DNA from: a virus
UHGV virus genome: UHGV-2100961
Length of the DNA stretch: 27,879 nt
Reading direction: 5' to 3' (one strand)
The notes under the pieces are model-generated. The model saw only the letters and a list, made by a program, of their open reading frames with translations. It was not told the origin of the DNA and did not search any database. Within the stretch, counting starts at the first letter, position 1, and every line of letters starts with the position of its first letter. Positions 9,139 through 18,386 of this stretch are shown here, in pieces. The position numbers were made by a program, and so were the translations under genes.

Positions 9139-9389
9139 TGAAAGAATACCGCTATTCCGGCCCGGCCAGCGGCGTCACGCTGTCGGACGGAACCGAAATC
9201 CTGCTCTGGCCGGGGAAGACGGTTTCCCTGCCGGAGGAGCATGACTACGTGAAGGTACTGGTGGCGCTGAAGCATCTGACGCCGGTACCAGAAGATACTA
9301 AACCCGCCGTCACACCGGCTGTGCAGTCACCAAAGCGCAGAAGCAGCAGTGACAGCGAAGTGAAAACGGAGGACGCCCATGGCAGCTAA
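9135..9389 (+). CDS. Mu gp38-like small protein
   Basis: 84-aa ORF overlapping both neighbours (GTGATG, ATGG); immediately precedes the sheath gene. Confidence 0.6.
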   Translation: MMKEYRYSGPASGVTLSDGTEILLWPGKTVSLPEEHDYVKVLVALKHLTPVPEDTKPAVTPAVQSPKRRSSSDSEVKTEDAHGS

Positions 9390-10806
9390 CTATCTGCATG
9401 GTCCCGAAACCATTGAGGTGGAAAACGGTGCCCGCCCGGTTAAAACGGTGAAATCTGCCGTTATTGGCCTGATTGGTACCGCCCCGATGGGGGATGTCAA
9501 TACGCTGGTACAGTGCCTGTCTGAGAAAGACGCAGCGGCATTTGGCAGCCAGTTCACCGGCTTTACCATTCCGCAGGCGCTGGATGCGATTTATGACCAT
9601 GGTGCAGGTATCGTTCTGGTCATTAACGTCCTCGACCCGGCGAAACATAAAACGGCGATCGAGGATGAGGTGGTTACCTTTGACAAATCGACAGGGCAGG
9701 CCAGACTGGCGCATCCGGTTGTCGCTAATGTGGTGGTGAAAAACAGTGAAGGCAGCACCACCCACACGGCGAACACGGACTACCGTGTTGATGCGCAGGC
9801 GGGTGTGCTCACGAACCTGGGCAAGGCTATTGAGGCCGGTGGCAGCGTGAAGGTGAGCTATGAGTACGCGGACCCGTCGAAGGTGACTGCGGCGGACATC
9901 ATCGGCGGGGTGAACAGCGCCGGAAACCGAACCGGCATGAAGCTGCTTAACGACAGCTTCAACCTGTACGGCTATTTCGCCAAAATTCTGATTGCGCCGG
10001 TGTTCTGCACCCAGAAGAGTGTCGCAGTTGAGCTTATCGCCATGGCAGAGAAGCTGGGCGCGGTAACCTACATTGATGCGCCTGTCGGTACCACCTTTGC
10101 ACAGGCTCTGGCAGGTCGTGGCCCGGAAGGCACCATCAACTTCAATACCAGCTCCGACCGCGTCCGTCTGTGCTATCCGCATGTGAAGGTATATGACCCG
10201 GTGACAAACACAGAGCGTCTGGAGCCGCTCAGCCAGCGTGCAGCAGGTCTGCGTGCCAGAGTCGATCTGGACAAGGGCTACTGGTGGTCATCCTCCAATC
10301 AGGAGATTCTGGGGATCACTGGCGTGGAGCGCCAGCTGTCCGCGATGATTGATGACCCGCAGAGTGAGGTGAACCTGCTTAACGAACAGGGGATCACCAC
10401 GGTATTCAGCAGTTACGGCAGCGGCCTTCGTCTGTGGGGTAACCGGACGGCAGCATGGCCAACGGTCACCCATATGCGTAACTTTGAGAACGTTCGCCGC
10501 ACCGGTGATGTGATCAACGAGTCCATTCGTTATTTCAGCCAGCAGTACATCGACATGCCGATTACTCAGGCGCTGATTGATGCACTGACGGAGTCGGTCA
10601 ACGCCTACGGTCGCAAAATGACTGGTGATGGTGCGGTACTGGGCTTCCGTTGCTGGTTTGATCCGGCCCGCAATCCGGAGACGGAGCTGGCCGCCGGGCA
10701 CCTGTTGCTGAGCTACAAATATACGCCACCACCGCCGCTGGAGCGACTGACGTTTGAGACTGAGATCACCTCGGAATACCTGTTAACCCTGAAAGGGGGC
10801 AACTGA
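9379..10806 (+). CDS. Contractile tail sheath protein (Mu L-like)
   Basis: 475-aa ORF followed directly by the tube gene (stop/start overlap TGATG). Confidence 0.85.
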   Translation: MAANYLHGPETIEVENGARPVKTVKSAVIGLIGTAPMGDVNTLVQCLSEKDAAAFGSQFTGFTIPQALDAIYDHGAGIVLVINVLDPAKHKTAIEDEVVTFDKSTGQARLAHPVVANVVVKNSEGSTTHTANTDYRVDAQAGVLTNLGKAIEAGGSVKVSYEYADPSKVTAADIIGGVNSAGNRTGMKLLNDSFNLYGYFAKILIAPVFCTQKSVAVELIAMAEKLGAVTYIDAPVGTTFAQALAGRGPEGTINFNTSSDRVRLCYPHVKVYDPVTNTERLEPLSQRAAGLRARVDLDKGYWWSSSNQEILGITGVERQLSAMIDDPQSEVNLLNEQGITTVFSSYGSGLRLWGNRTAAWPTVTHMRNFENVRRTGDVINESIRYFSQQYIDMPITQALIDALTESVNAYGRKMTGDGAVLGFRCWFDPARNPETELAAGHLLLSYKYTPPPPLERLTFETEITSEYLLTLKGGN

Positions 10807-11327
10807 TGTCAAAGATTGAGATAAACCGCATCACGAATGCCAACATCTATCTGGATGGTACTAACCTGCTGGGACGGGCTGAGGAAGTTAAACTCCCCGA
10901 TGTCTCCATGATTATGCAGGAACACAAGGCGCTGGGGATGGTGGGTAAGGTGGAACTCCCGGCTGGTTTTGACAAACTGGAAGGCGAAATCAAATGGAAC
11001 AGCTTTTACCGCGATGCGATGCTGTCTGCAGCGAACCCGTACAGGTCGCTGGCACTGCAGTGTCGTTCCAGCGTCCAGCGCTACAGCTCGCAGGGGCTGA
11101 TTGACGAAATCCCGCTGGTCACCTTCCTGACGATTATGTTCAAGAAGAACCCGCTGGGGACGTTCAAACAGCACGAGAACGCCGAGTTCTCCAGTAGCTT
11201 CACCTGCACGTATATCAGACAGGTACTGGATGGTGAAGAGCTGCTGCAACTGGACTATCTGGCCAACATCTTCCGGGTCGGCGGTGTTGATCAACTGACT
11301 GACTACCGTATCAATATCGGGGGCTGA
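10806..11327 (+). CDS. Tail tube protein (Mu M-like)
   Basis: 173-aa ORF directly downstream of the sheath gene. Confidence 0.8.
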   Translation: MSKIEINRITNANIYLDGTNLLGRAEEVKLPDVSMIMQEHKALGMVGKVELPAGFDKLEGEIKWNSFYRDAMLSAANPYRSLALQCRSSVQRYSSQGLIDEIPLVTFLTIMFKKNPLGTFKQHENAEFSSSFTCTYIRQVLDGEELLQLDYLANIFRVGGVDQLTDYRINIGG

Positions 11328-11329
11328 CG

Positions 11330-11611
11330 GTGAGTGTTGAACTGACGGATAAAGGAGGACGATGTGCGGCACTGGGCATGTCAAATGGTACGTGGTTTAC
11401 CCTCCTTGATATTCCGGGGGTGGAAACCCTTTTTAATACCCGTAAAACCAATGACCCGATTGACTGCACACGTTCAAAGGCCCGCAAACTGGCGGATTTG
11501 ATTGAAGCATGGGAGCCTCCCGACCACTGGTTCTCCGGCATCGGCAAATCTGAGGGAAAGACGCTTCTCATCGCTTTCCTGCGTAACTGCAAGGGGTTTC
11601 GCACTTGCTGA
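11330..11611 (+). CDS. Hypothetical small protein (moron-like insertion between tube and chaperone genes)
   Basis: 93-aa ORF if GTG 11330 is used, 77 aa from ATG 11378; no family recognised; followed by a stem-loop at 11618-11633. Confidence 0.45.
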   Translation: MSVELTDKGGRCAALGMSNGTWFTLLDIPGVETLFNTRKTNDPIDCTRSKARKLADLIEAWEPPDHWFSGIGKSEGKTLLIAFLRNCKGFRTC

Positions 11612-11617
11612 CATCAC

Positions 11618-11640
11618 AGGGGCTCCGGCCCCTTCTTCTT
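11618..11640 (+). terminator. Candidate intrinsic terminator
   Basis: AGGGGC-TCCG-GCCCCT hairpin (6-bp GC stem, 4-nt loop) followed by TCTTCTT, 7 nt after the stop of the small ORF. Confidence 0.4.
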
Positions 11641-11708
11641 AATCTCCTTTAATATCCGTCACGCGCTTCTCCCGACATACTGCCCTGAACTTACACAGGA
11701 GCACAATC

Positions 11709-12044
11709 ATGTCACAGACCCCATCCGATACTTTTAAATTGTCTTATCCCTTCACCACTGCTGCAGGCACCAGAATTGAGCTGGTTGAACTGAAACGCCT
11801 GACGGTAAAAGACCTGAAGCAGGTGCGCAAAATCAGCAAAAACCCGGCAGACTGGGACGAACCGCTGATTGCCCGCAGTACTGGTCTTCTCCCGGAAGAT
11901 CTCGACAATATGGATCTGGCTGATTACCTGCAGTTACAGAAACGATTTCAGCTCATCACGGGGATGGGTGAGAGCAACCAGGGCGCTGACGCAGGCGCAG
12001 GGGCTGCTGGCGAGATGGTTCCGGTTTCAGCCGGGGGAGATTGA
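11709..12044 (+). CDS. Tail assembly chaperone (Mu gp41-like)
   Basis: 111-aa acidic ORF with RBS CAGGAG, located between tube and tape-measure genes; ends in a G-rich run (CCGGGGGAG) with an overlapping ORF in the +1 frame. Confidence 0.7.
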   Translation: MSQTPSDTFKLSYPFTTAAGTRIELVELKRLTVKDLKQVRKISKNPADWDEPLIARSTGLLPEDLDNMDLADYLQLQKRFQLITGMGESNQGADAGAGAAGEMVPVSAGGD

Positions 12045-12126
12045 TGCCCTCGATACTGACGATCTGGAGATGTGGCTGGAGCAGGCTGAAGAGCAAATAA
12101 AAAGCGAGTACGGCGACAAATCATAG
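12031..12126 (+). CDS. Candidate frameshift extension of the tail assembly chaperone (+1/-2 frame)
   Basis: ORF 11869..12126 is open in the +1 frame across the chaperone stop; a shift at GGG-GGA (12033-12038) would append about 29 aa (..EIDALDTDDLEMWLEQAEEQIKSEYGDKS). Confidence 0.3.
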   Translation, partial: PGEIDALDTDDLEMWLEQAEEQIKSEYGDKS

Positions 12127-12201
12127 TACAGACAGCCGCCAGTAGCGGCTGTTCTGCGTTATTCCCTCACGTCTTTTCACCTTCCCCGGAGGTTAACCAC
12201 T

Positions 12202-15153
12202 ATGTCGGGACAGTTTTCAGTCGGCGTTGTTATCGGCGGGATGATTGGCAGCACATTCCGTTCTGCAATGAGCGGTACCCGCCGTGCGCTTGATTCCCTG
12301 AGCGATACCTCACGCCGCCTGCAGGAACGTCAGAACGCTTTAACCCGTGCAACAGAACGTTATGGTCAACTGGGTTCTTCCCGGATGCAGCATCTCAACA
12401 GCGAGCTGCTGCGGGTAAGCCGCACCATGGAGCAAATTGAGCGCCAGCAGCGCCGTCTGTCAGCGGCATCCGCTACCAGTGATGCGCTGAAAGCTAACCG
12501 CATGGCGCTGTATGGTCAGGGGATTGAAGCGTATGGCATGGCACAGACTGTTTATCATACGGTTTCCCCTGCCGTTCAGCAGTCCATGTCTTTTCAGGAC
12601 AAAATGATTGATATGTCGATCACCGCAAAATATGACAATAAAACGCGGGATGCACTTGCCGGACAGATAAAAGGCTGGGCGCTTAAATACAATCAGTATC
12701 AGGATGAGCTGCAGGAGGCGGTGGGTTCACTCATCAGCGACAATATTGATAATGTGTCAGATATCGGTTTTCTGATGCCGGATATTGCCCGCGCGGCAAC
12801 GGCAACACGCACGTCTGCTCAGGACTGGGCAAAAGTGGCCGCAGTCTGGCAAAACTCCCTGAAAGGTGCGGCCAGAGATTTTGGTGCCGTTCAGAATATT
12901 ATGGCTTATGCCGGTGACCAGGGGTCATTTGAAATCCCGGATCAGGTCAAGTGGATGCAGTCCCTGGCCCCAATGATGGCGGGTATTGCCAGTGGAAAAG
13001 AGGCTGTTGCTGAAATCGGGGCCAGTCTCCAGATAGCAAAAATCGGTGCAGGTTCCACCGACGAAGCAGCTAATAATTTTAAAAACTTTCTTACCAAAAT
13101 TTTTGCCCGCGATACTCAGAAACAGTTTGCTGATCTGGGTATTGATTTGCAGGGATCTATTGCGAGTTATAAAGCTGCGGGGATCTCTCCGATTGAAGGG
13201 ATGTTGAGTGTTATAGAACGTTACCTCAATGCCAAAAGCCCCGAAGCGCTGGCCGGCTTCAAATCAGCCATGAAAATAAAGAATGATACGGCAAGAGATG
13301 AGGCACTTCAGGCTCTGGCGAAAAACTTTGGTCTGGGCGATATGTTCGCGGATATGCAGGTCATGGCATTTATCCGCCCGATGCTGGCCAACATGGACAG
13401 ATATCGAGAGATCCGTGCCGGTGCTCTCAGGGCTGCGGATAACGATTTGCTTGCCAGTGCTTATGATCAGCGGCTGAAATCTCCCCTTGAAGCCACTAAA
13501 ACACTTATGGTCAGCAGTCGCGATCTGGCAATTACGCTGGGCGATCAATTAGCTCCATCTTTTATTTCTTTGACTCAGGAACTGCTTCCACTCATTCAGG
13601 GGGCAAAACACTGGGTAGCGACTCACCCGCAATTTGTCAGTGGGGCTTTTAAGCTCATCAGTGCGCTCCTTGCGATTAAGATAGCGACTGTTGGTCTCAA
13701 ACTGGGGCTGAATCTCCTTATTTCCCCCTTTGTAAGTGTCTGGAAAAATGCTGTTTTACTTCGGGCCAACTGGCTTCGTCTGTCGCTCGCACTGGGGCAA
13801 GGCGGTAAGCTCCGCTGGCTGGTGACCGGATTTAGCGCCGTCGCCAGAGGAGCCAGAACACTGAGTGGCGTGCTCTCCGGGGGGCTGGTTCGCGGAATTA
13901 TGCTCGCCGGACGTGCTGTTCTCTGGATTGGACGTGCGCTGATGATGAATCCCATCGGTCTCGTTATCACCGCTGTCGCGGCAGCAGCTTACCTTATCTA
14001 CCGCAACTGGGGGGCAGTCAGTGGCTGGTTTAAACAGCGCTGGGCAGACATTCAGGAAGCCTTTAACGGCGGCATTGTGGGAATTGGTAAGTTACTGATT
14101 AACTGGTCGCCGGCAGGCCTGCTCTATAAAGCCTTTGCGGCTGCGCTGAAATATTTCGGCGTTGCTCTGCCGGCAAAGTTCACCGACTTCGGTGGCCATC
14201 TTATCGACGGTCTGATTAACGGTATCAAAAACAAATGGGGGTCGCTCAAATCCAGTGTAACCGGAATGGGTGACAGCATCAGTAGCTGGTTTAAACAGTG
14301 CTGGGCTGACATTCAGGAAGCCTTTAACGGCGGTATCGCGGGAACTGGTAAGCTGCTGATTAACTGGTCGCCGGCAGGTCTGCTCTATAAAGCCTTTGCA
14401 GCTGCGCTGAAATATCTTGGTGTTGATCTGCCGGCAAAGTTCACCGACTTCGGTGGCCATCTTGTCGACGGTCTGATTAACGGTATCAAAAACAAATGGG
14501 AGTCGCTCAAATCCAGTGTAACCGGAATGGGTGACAGCATCAGTGGCTGGTTCAGCGAAAAGCTGGGCATTCATTCGCCGAGCCGCGTGTTTATGGGCTT
14601 TGGTGACAATATCGCGCAGGGGGCCGCCATTGGCCTGCAGCGGACCACTCCGCTTGCAGCTCTGGCCGGGCAGCGAATGGCCAGTGAACTGCTCCCCAGA
14701 ATGCCCGTGAGCATTCAGGGGCCAGAAATACGGGATAACACTTCAGGTGTTCGCTTCAGTATGCCGTTGCCCGATATCAATGGGTTTATGTCGTCTGCTA
14801 AAAATGCGATCGGAGCCGTAATCAATAGTTTGTCTTCCATGCCCGCTATCCCGCTCTCCACCCGGGCATCGATTTTACCAGGGCAACGTCTGGCAAATGA
14901 GATGACACCGGATGTTCCCCGTATCCCCTCGCCTGAAATCATGGCTGCCGGATATTCAGGCCGTGGTGCAGCTGCAACCGGCGGTGGAACGTCTGGTGGT
15001 ATCCAGGTCAGCTTTAATCCTCAGTTTTTCCTCAATGGCAGGGAAACCACAGCGCCTGCAGGACTGACTGGTGCCCTGAATATGAGTCTGCATGAGCTGG
15101 AAAAAATGCTGGAGCGTCTGCTGGCTCAGAAACAACGTAAGGAGTACCGCTGA
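12202..15153 (+). CDS. Tail tape measure protein
   Basis: 983-aa ORF after the chaperone; coiled-coil N-terminus, hydrophobic Gly-rich central segments, internal tandem duplication. Confidence 0.85.
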   Translation: MSGQFSVGVVIGGMIGSTFRSAMSGTRRALDSLSDTSRRLQERQNALTRATERYGQLGSSRMQHLNSELLRVSRTMEQIERQQRRLSAASATSDALKANRMALYGQGIEAYGMAQTVYHTVSPAVQQSMSFQDKMIDMSITAKYDNKTRDALAGQIKGWALKYNQYQDELQEAVGSLISDNIDNVSDIGFLMPDIARAATATRTSAQDWAKVAAVWQNSLKGAARDFGAVQNIMAYAGDQGSFEIPDQVKWMQSLAPMMAGIASGKEAVAEIGASLQIAKIGAGSTDEAANNFKNFLTKIFARDTQKQFADLGIDLQGSIASYKAAGISPIEGMLSVIERYLNAKSPEALAGFKSAMKIKNDTARDEALQALAKNFGLGDMFADMQVMAFIRPMLANMDRYREIRAGALRAADNDLLASAYDQRLKSPLEATKTLMVSSRDLAITLGDQLAPSFISLTQELLPLIQGAKHWVATHPQFVSGAFKLISALLAIKIATVGLKLGLNLLISPFVSVWKNAVLLRANWLRLSLALGQGGKLRWLVTGFSAVARGARTLSGVLSGGLVRGIMLAGRAVLWIGRALMMNPIGLVITAVAAAAYLIYRNWGAVSGWFKQRWADIQEAFNGGIVGIGKLLINWSPAGLLYKAFAAALKYFGVALPAKFTDFGGHLIDGLINGIKNKWGSLKSSVTGMGDSISSWFKQCWADIQEAFNGGIAGTGKLLINWSPAGLLYKAFAAALKYLGVDLPAKFTDFGGHLVDGLINGIKNKWESLKSSVTGMGDSISGWFSEKLGIHSPSRVFMGFGDNIAQGAAIGLQRTTPLAALAGQRMASELLPRMPVSIQGPEIRDNTSGVRFSMPLPDINGFMSSAKNAIGAVINSLSSMPAIPLSTRASILPGQRLANEMTPDVPRIPSPEIMAAGYSGRGAAATGGGTSGGIQVSFNPQFFLNGRETTAPAGLTGALNMSLHELEKMLERLLAQKQRKEYR
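14026..14547 (+). repeat. In-frame tandem duplication inside the tape-measure gene (2 x 261 bp, 87 aa each)
   Basis: Anchor TGGTTTAAACAG at 14026 and 14287 (period 261); encoded units WFKQRWADIQEAFNGGIVGIGKLLINWSPAGLLYKAF.. and WFKQCWADIQEAFNGGIAGTGKLLINWSPAGLLYKAF.. are near-identical; a third partial start (GWFSEK) at 14548. Confidence 0.85.
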
Positions 15154-16037
15154 TGTTTGCCGTACTGGGTGATATTGAGTTTGAGCTGATTACCTACTGG
15201 GACGGCTTCGAGGCCACGTTCGGCGTCGATTATGCGGAGCATGCCCGCATCGGGGGTAAGCCTGGCCTGCAGTTCGTCGGCGACAGGCTGGACGAAATCC
15301 AGATAACTCTGGTTTTCCATCAGCATTATTGTGTACCCGATGTGGAGCTGGCGAGACTGCGAACAGCCATGAAAGCCCATCAGGCACTGGCGCTGGTCTT
15401 CGGCAACGGTGACTATCGCGGCTGGTTCGTGATTACCGATGTGACTGCAACCAGCGAGCAGACTGACAGTACCGGCAACGTGCTGGCTGTCAGTGCCACC
15501 GTGTCTCTCCGGGAATACACCGGTGACCCGAAAAATCCTCTGCAACCACCGGCAATACGCACGAAGCTCCCGGGTGTCGGGGCGGTCTCCGGTGCCATTC
15601 CTTCGCCTTCAGGGGTGGCGCAGTTCATCCGCAACGGCGTCAACTATGCGAAACAGGCGCAGTCTGTACTCCAGACCACTATCAGCGCCGTTCGGGTGAC
15701 ACAGAAAATGAAGGATAACCCCGTTGTCGCACTGACCCGTGTGCCGGGGCTGATGAGCGGACTGGGTAATATCTCCGGGGCTCTGGGGAAAAGTGTTCCG
15801 GCGTTTAACGCACTCTCTGAATCCATGCCCGATGCCATCAGTCTGGCCAGAACAGCCAGCGAAGCAGCCACGTATGTACAGCAGGCACAGTCTGCGCTGA
15901 GTGGTGTGGACAAAAGAAATATTGCAGGTGCTCTGGATACCGTTTCCGGGCAGCTTAACGCCGCCGGAACAGCATTCAACCGCATGTCTCCGGGATTAAG
16001 TGCAATGGCCGCCAGAATACTGACGAGGAGTGTGTGA
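15153..16037 (+). CDS. Mu N-like protein (DNA circularisation protein family)
   Basis: 294-aa ORF starting at the tape-measure stop (TGATG overlap); position between tape measure and baseplate hub. Confidence 0.7.
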   Translation: MFAVLGDIEFELITYWDGFEATFGVDYAEHARIGGKPGLQFVGDRLDEIQITLVFHQHYCVPDVELARLRTAMKAHQALALVFGNGDYRGWFVITDVTATSEQTDSTGNVLAVSATVSLREYTGDPKNPLQPPAIRTKLPGVGAVSGAIPSPSGVAQFIRNGVNYAKQAQSVLQTTISAVRVTQKMKDNPVVALTRVPGLMSGLGNISGALGKSVPAFNALSESMPDAISLARTASEAATYVQQAQSALSGVDKRNIAGALDTVSGQLNAAGTAFNRMSPGLSAMAARILTRSV

Positions 16038-16249
16038 TGTTTCTTGAACATATTACCCGTGACGGAGAGCGCTGGGATTCGCTGGCATGGCAGTACTACG
16101 GTGACCCGCTGGGCTATCCCCGGATTATTGCAGCCAATCCGCACGTGGCCATCACGCCGGTGCTGCCCTCCGGGTTGTTGTTACTGATCCCGGTTATTGA
16201 GGCTGAAGATGCCCGTACAGAAGAGGATATTGCCCCATGGCTGAGATAA
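16037..16249 (+). CDS. Small LysM-like tail protein (P2 X-like)
   Basis: ATG 16037 overlaps the upstream stop (TGATG) with RBS GAGGAG 6 nt upstream; about 70 aa with a DGERWDSLAWQYYG.. ANP.. LP.G pattern resembling P2-type tail protein X. Confidence 0.55.
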   Translation: MFLEHITRDGERWDSLAWQYYGDPLGYPRIIAANPHVAITPVLPSGLLLLIPVIEAEDARTEEDIAPWLR

Positions 16250-17391
16250 ACAGTACTGCGCAAGCCACATCAGCGTTAACCGGCGTCAGCGATGTGCTGA
16301 CGCCGGTATTCACTCTGTGGTATCTGCAGAAAAACATCACCTCTGATATCGCGCCTTATGTCACCCGTGTGGTCTGGAGCGATAACATCAAAAATGAGTC
16401 CGATACCATTGAGGTGGAGCTGGACGACACCGATGGCCGCTGGCTGGATAAGTGGTATCCGGGCAAGGGTGACACGCTGACGCTGAAAATGGGTTATCAG
16501 GGCGAGAAACTGCTGTCCTGCGGTACATTCTCAATAGACGAGATCGAAGTGAGTTCGCCCGCGTCCGTTGTCGCTATCCGTGGGGTGGCCACCTCGGTTA
16601 ACAGTGCTCTGCGGACTAAATCCAGCCGTGGTTTTGAGAACACCACGCTGGCAGCTGTTGCGGGGCGGATTGCCAGAAAGCACCGGCTGAAACTGGTGGG
16701 CAGCATTGAGTCCATCAGAATCGACCGGGTGACCCAGTATGCTGAAACCGACGTGGGTTTTCTGCGCCGGCTGGCCAGCGAGTATGGTTATGCAGTGAAA
16801 GTGGTCAGTGACCAGCTGATTTTTTCTCATCTGGCCACACTGCGCAGTCAGGAGCCGGTCAGGCAGTTAAAACCGCAGGATGTGGCCCGCTTTTCCCTGC
16901 GTGACACCATCAACCGGGTCTATAAATCTGCAAAGGTAAAACACCAGAAAAGCAGCAGTAAAAAACTGATCGTCTACGAAGCTGATGGTGGTACCCGTGA
17001 AAGCGACAAAAAGCTCAAAGGTGGTAAGGTTACCAGCGCTGACTCACTTAAAGTTAACAGCCGCGTCAGCGACCCGGACAGTGCCCGGATTAAAGCGGAT
17101 TCAGCACTGGCCAGACATAACGAATACCAGCAGAACGGCTCCCTGACGCTGACGGGAACACCTCAACTGACAGCAGGCAACAAAATTGAACTGGTGGGTT
17201 TTGGGCAGTTATCCGGGCCATGGCTCATAACCACTGCCCGCCATGCGTTTGACCGTAACAGCGGCTACACCACAGAGCTGGAAGTGGCACGGGGGCCAGT
17301 CACAAGAGGGAAAAAACAAAAAACTCAGAAACTCACGGTTTATCACCCGGATGGCAGTACATCGACGGTGATTAAGGAGAAGAAAAAATGA
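16237..17391 (+). CDS. Tail/baseplate hub protein (Mu P-like, P2 gpD-like)
   Basis: 384-aa ORF with Lys-rich C-terminus; precedes the baseplate spike gene. Confidence 0.75.
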   Translation: MAEINSTAQATSALTGVSDVLTPVFTLWYLQKNITSDIAPYVTRVVWSDNIKNESDTIEVELDDTDGRWLDKWYPGKGDTLTLKMGYQGEKLLSCGTFSIDEIEVSSPASVVAIRGVATSVNSALRTKSSRGFENTTLAAVAGRIARKHRLKLVGSIESIRIDRVTQYAETDVGFLRRLASEYGYAVKVVSDQLIFSHLATLRSQEPVRQLKPQDVARFSLRDTINRVYKSAKVKHQKSSSKKLIVYEADGGTRESDKKLKGGKVTSADSLKVNSRVSDPDSARIKADSALARHNEYQQNGSLTLTGTPQLTAGNKIELVGFGQLSGPWLITTARHAFDRNSGYTTELEVARGPVTRGKKQKTQKLTVYHPDGSTSTVIKEKKK

Positions 17392-17984
17392 CTGGTGTCA
17401 CTCGTCAGGTCGGTACGGTCAGTGCCGTTGATGCCGACAGGGTTCAGGCCCGCGTTCGTCTGCCTGAATGCGATAACCTGCGCACAAACTGGCTTAACGT
17501 GCTGCAGCGCAATACCCAGGATAACAAAGATTACTGGCTCCCTGACGTGGGGGAGCAGGTTGAGGTGCTGCTCGATGCCAACGGCGAGGATGGTGTTATT
17601 CTGGGCGCGGTGTATTCAGACGTCGATAAACCACCGTTCAGTGACAAAAATATCCGGGGAACCCGGTTTGCTGATGGTGCAGAGTACAGCTACAACCGGA
17701 AGACGCACACTCTGATCATCCGGGGCGGCATTGAGCATATTGTCATTGAGTGTGGTGCTGATGTGGTATTGAAAACACAGAAAGCCACGATTGACGCACC
17801 GGAAACCGAACTTACCGGAGATCTGCGTGTCAGGGGTAAGCTGATTTACGAAGGAGGCATGGCGGGTTCTGGTGGTGAAGGTGTTACCGCGACCATCCAT
17901 GGCAATATCGAGATTAAAGGGAATGCCCATGCCACGGGCAGTATGTTGTCTGATGGCGAAAACTCCAGCCACCACTCCCACTGA
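17388..17984 (+). CDS. Baseplate spike / assembly protein V-like
   Basis: 198-aa ORF with RBS GGAGAAG; Gly-rich C-terminal region ending in an His-rich tail (SSHHSH). Confidence 0.75.
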   Translation: MTGVTRQVGTVSAVDADRVQARVRLPECDNLRTNWLNVLQRNTQDNKDYWLPDVGEQVEVLLDANGEDGVILGAVYSDVDKPPFSDKNIRGTRFADGAEYSYNRKTHTLIIRGGIEHIVIECGADVVLKTQKATIDAPETELTGDLRVRGKLIYEGGMAGSGGEGVTATIHGNIEIKGNAHATGSMLSDGENSSHHSH

Positions 17985-18038
17985 GCTTTTTAAACGCCTT
18001 TAATATCAGCGTTCCCGCACGGGGGCAATACTGCCCCC

Positions 18039-18386
18039 ATGAAAACAACCTCAGTATTCTGGCAACCAGCCCTGCAGGCTCCCGGCGAAATTGTCCGGGG
18101 GCTGGATGATATCCGGCAGGCGATTCAAATTATCCTGCGGACTCCCCGCGGCAGCGACCCGCATCGCCCGGAGTTCGGCAGCAATCTGCATCTTTATATC
18201 GACTGGCCTGTAGACCGGGCCATTCCGCATGTGGTGCGCGAATCCGTCGATGCCATCCGGCGCTGGGAGCCCCGCTGCCAGCTTATGTCAGTTAAACCCG
18301 CCGTCGACGGCGAACATCTTACGCTCCGGGTGAGCTGGAAAGGCTCAGACGGACAGACCCGGACTCAGGAGCTGCTATGGCGCTGA
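18039..18386 (+). CDS. Baseplate wedge protein (gpW / gp25-like)
   Basis: 115-aa ORF between the V-like and J-like genes; typical size and position. Confidence 0.7.
   Translation: MKTTSVFWQPALQAPGEIVRGLDDIRQAIQIILRTPRGSDPHRPEFGSNLHLYIDWPVDRAIPHVVRESVDAIRRWEPRCQLMSVKPAVDGEHLTLRVSWKGSDGQTRTQELLWR

Noticed and set aside
11869-12126. Independent 85-aa gene overlapping the chaperone
   Set aside because: It has no start codon context of its own and overlaps the chaperone for 176 nt; it is better explained as the +1-frame window used by a frameshift, so only the post-shift extension is reported.
14026-14547. Possible CRISPR array suggested by tandem repeats
   Set aside because: The repeats here and at 20261..20700 are long (261 and 168 bp), contiguous without unique spacers, in frame and inside structural genes; no cas genes are present. 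They are coding tandem duplications.
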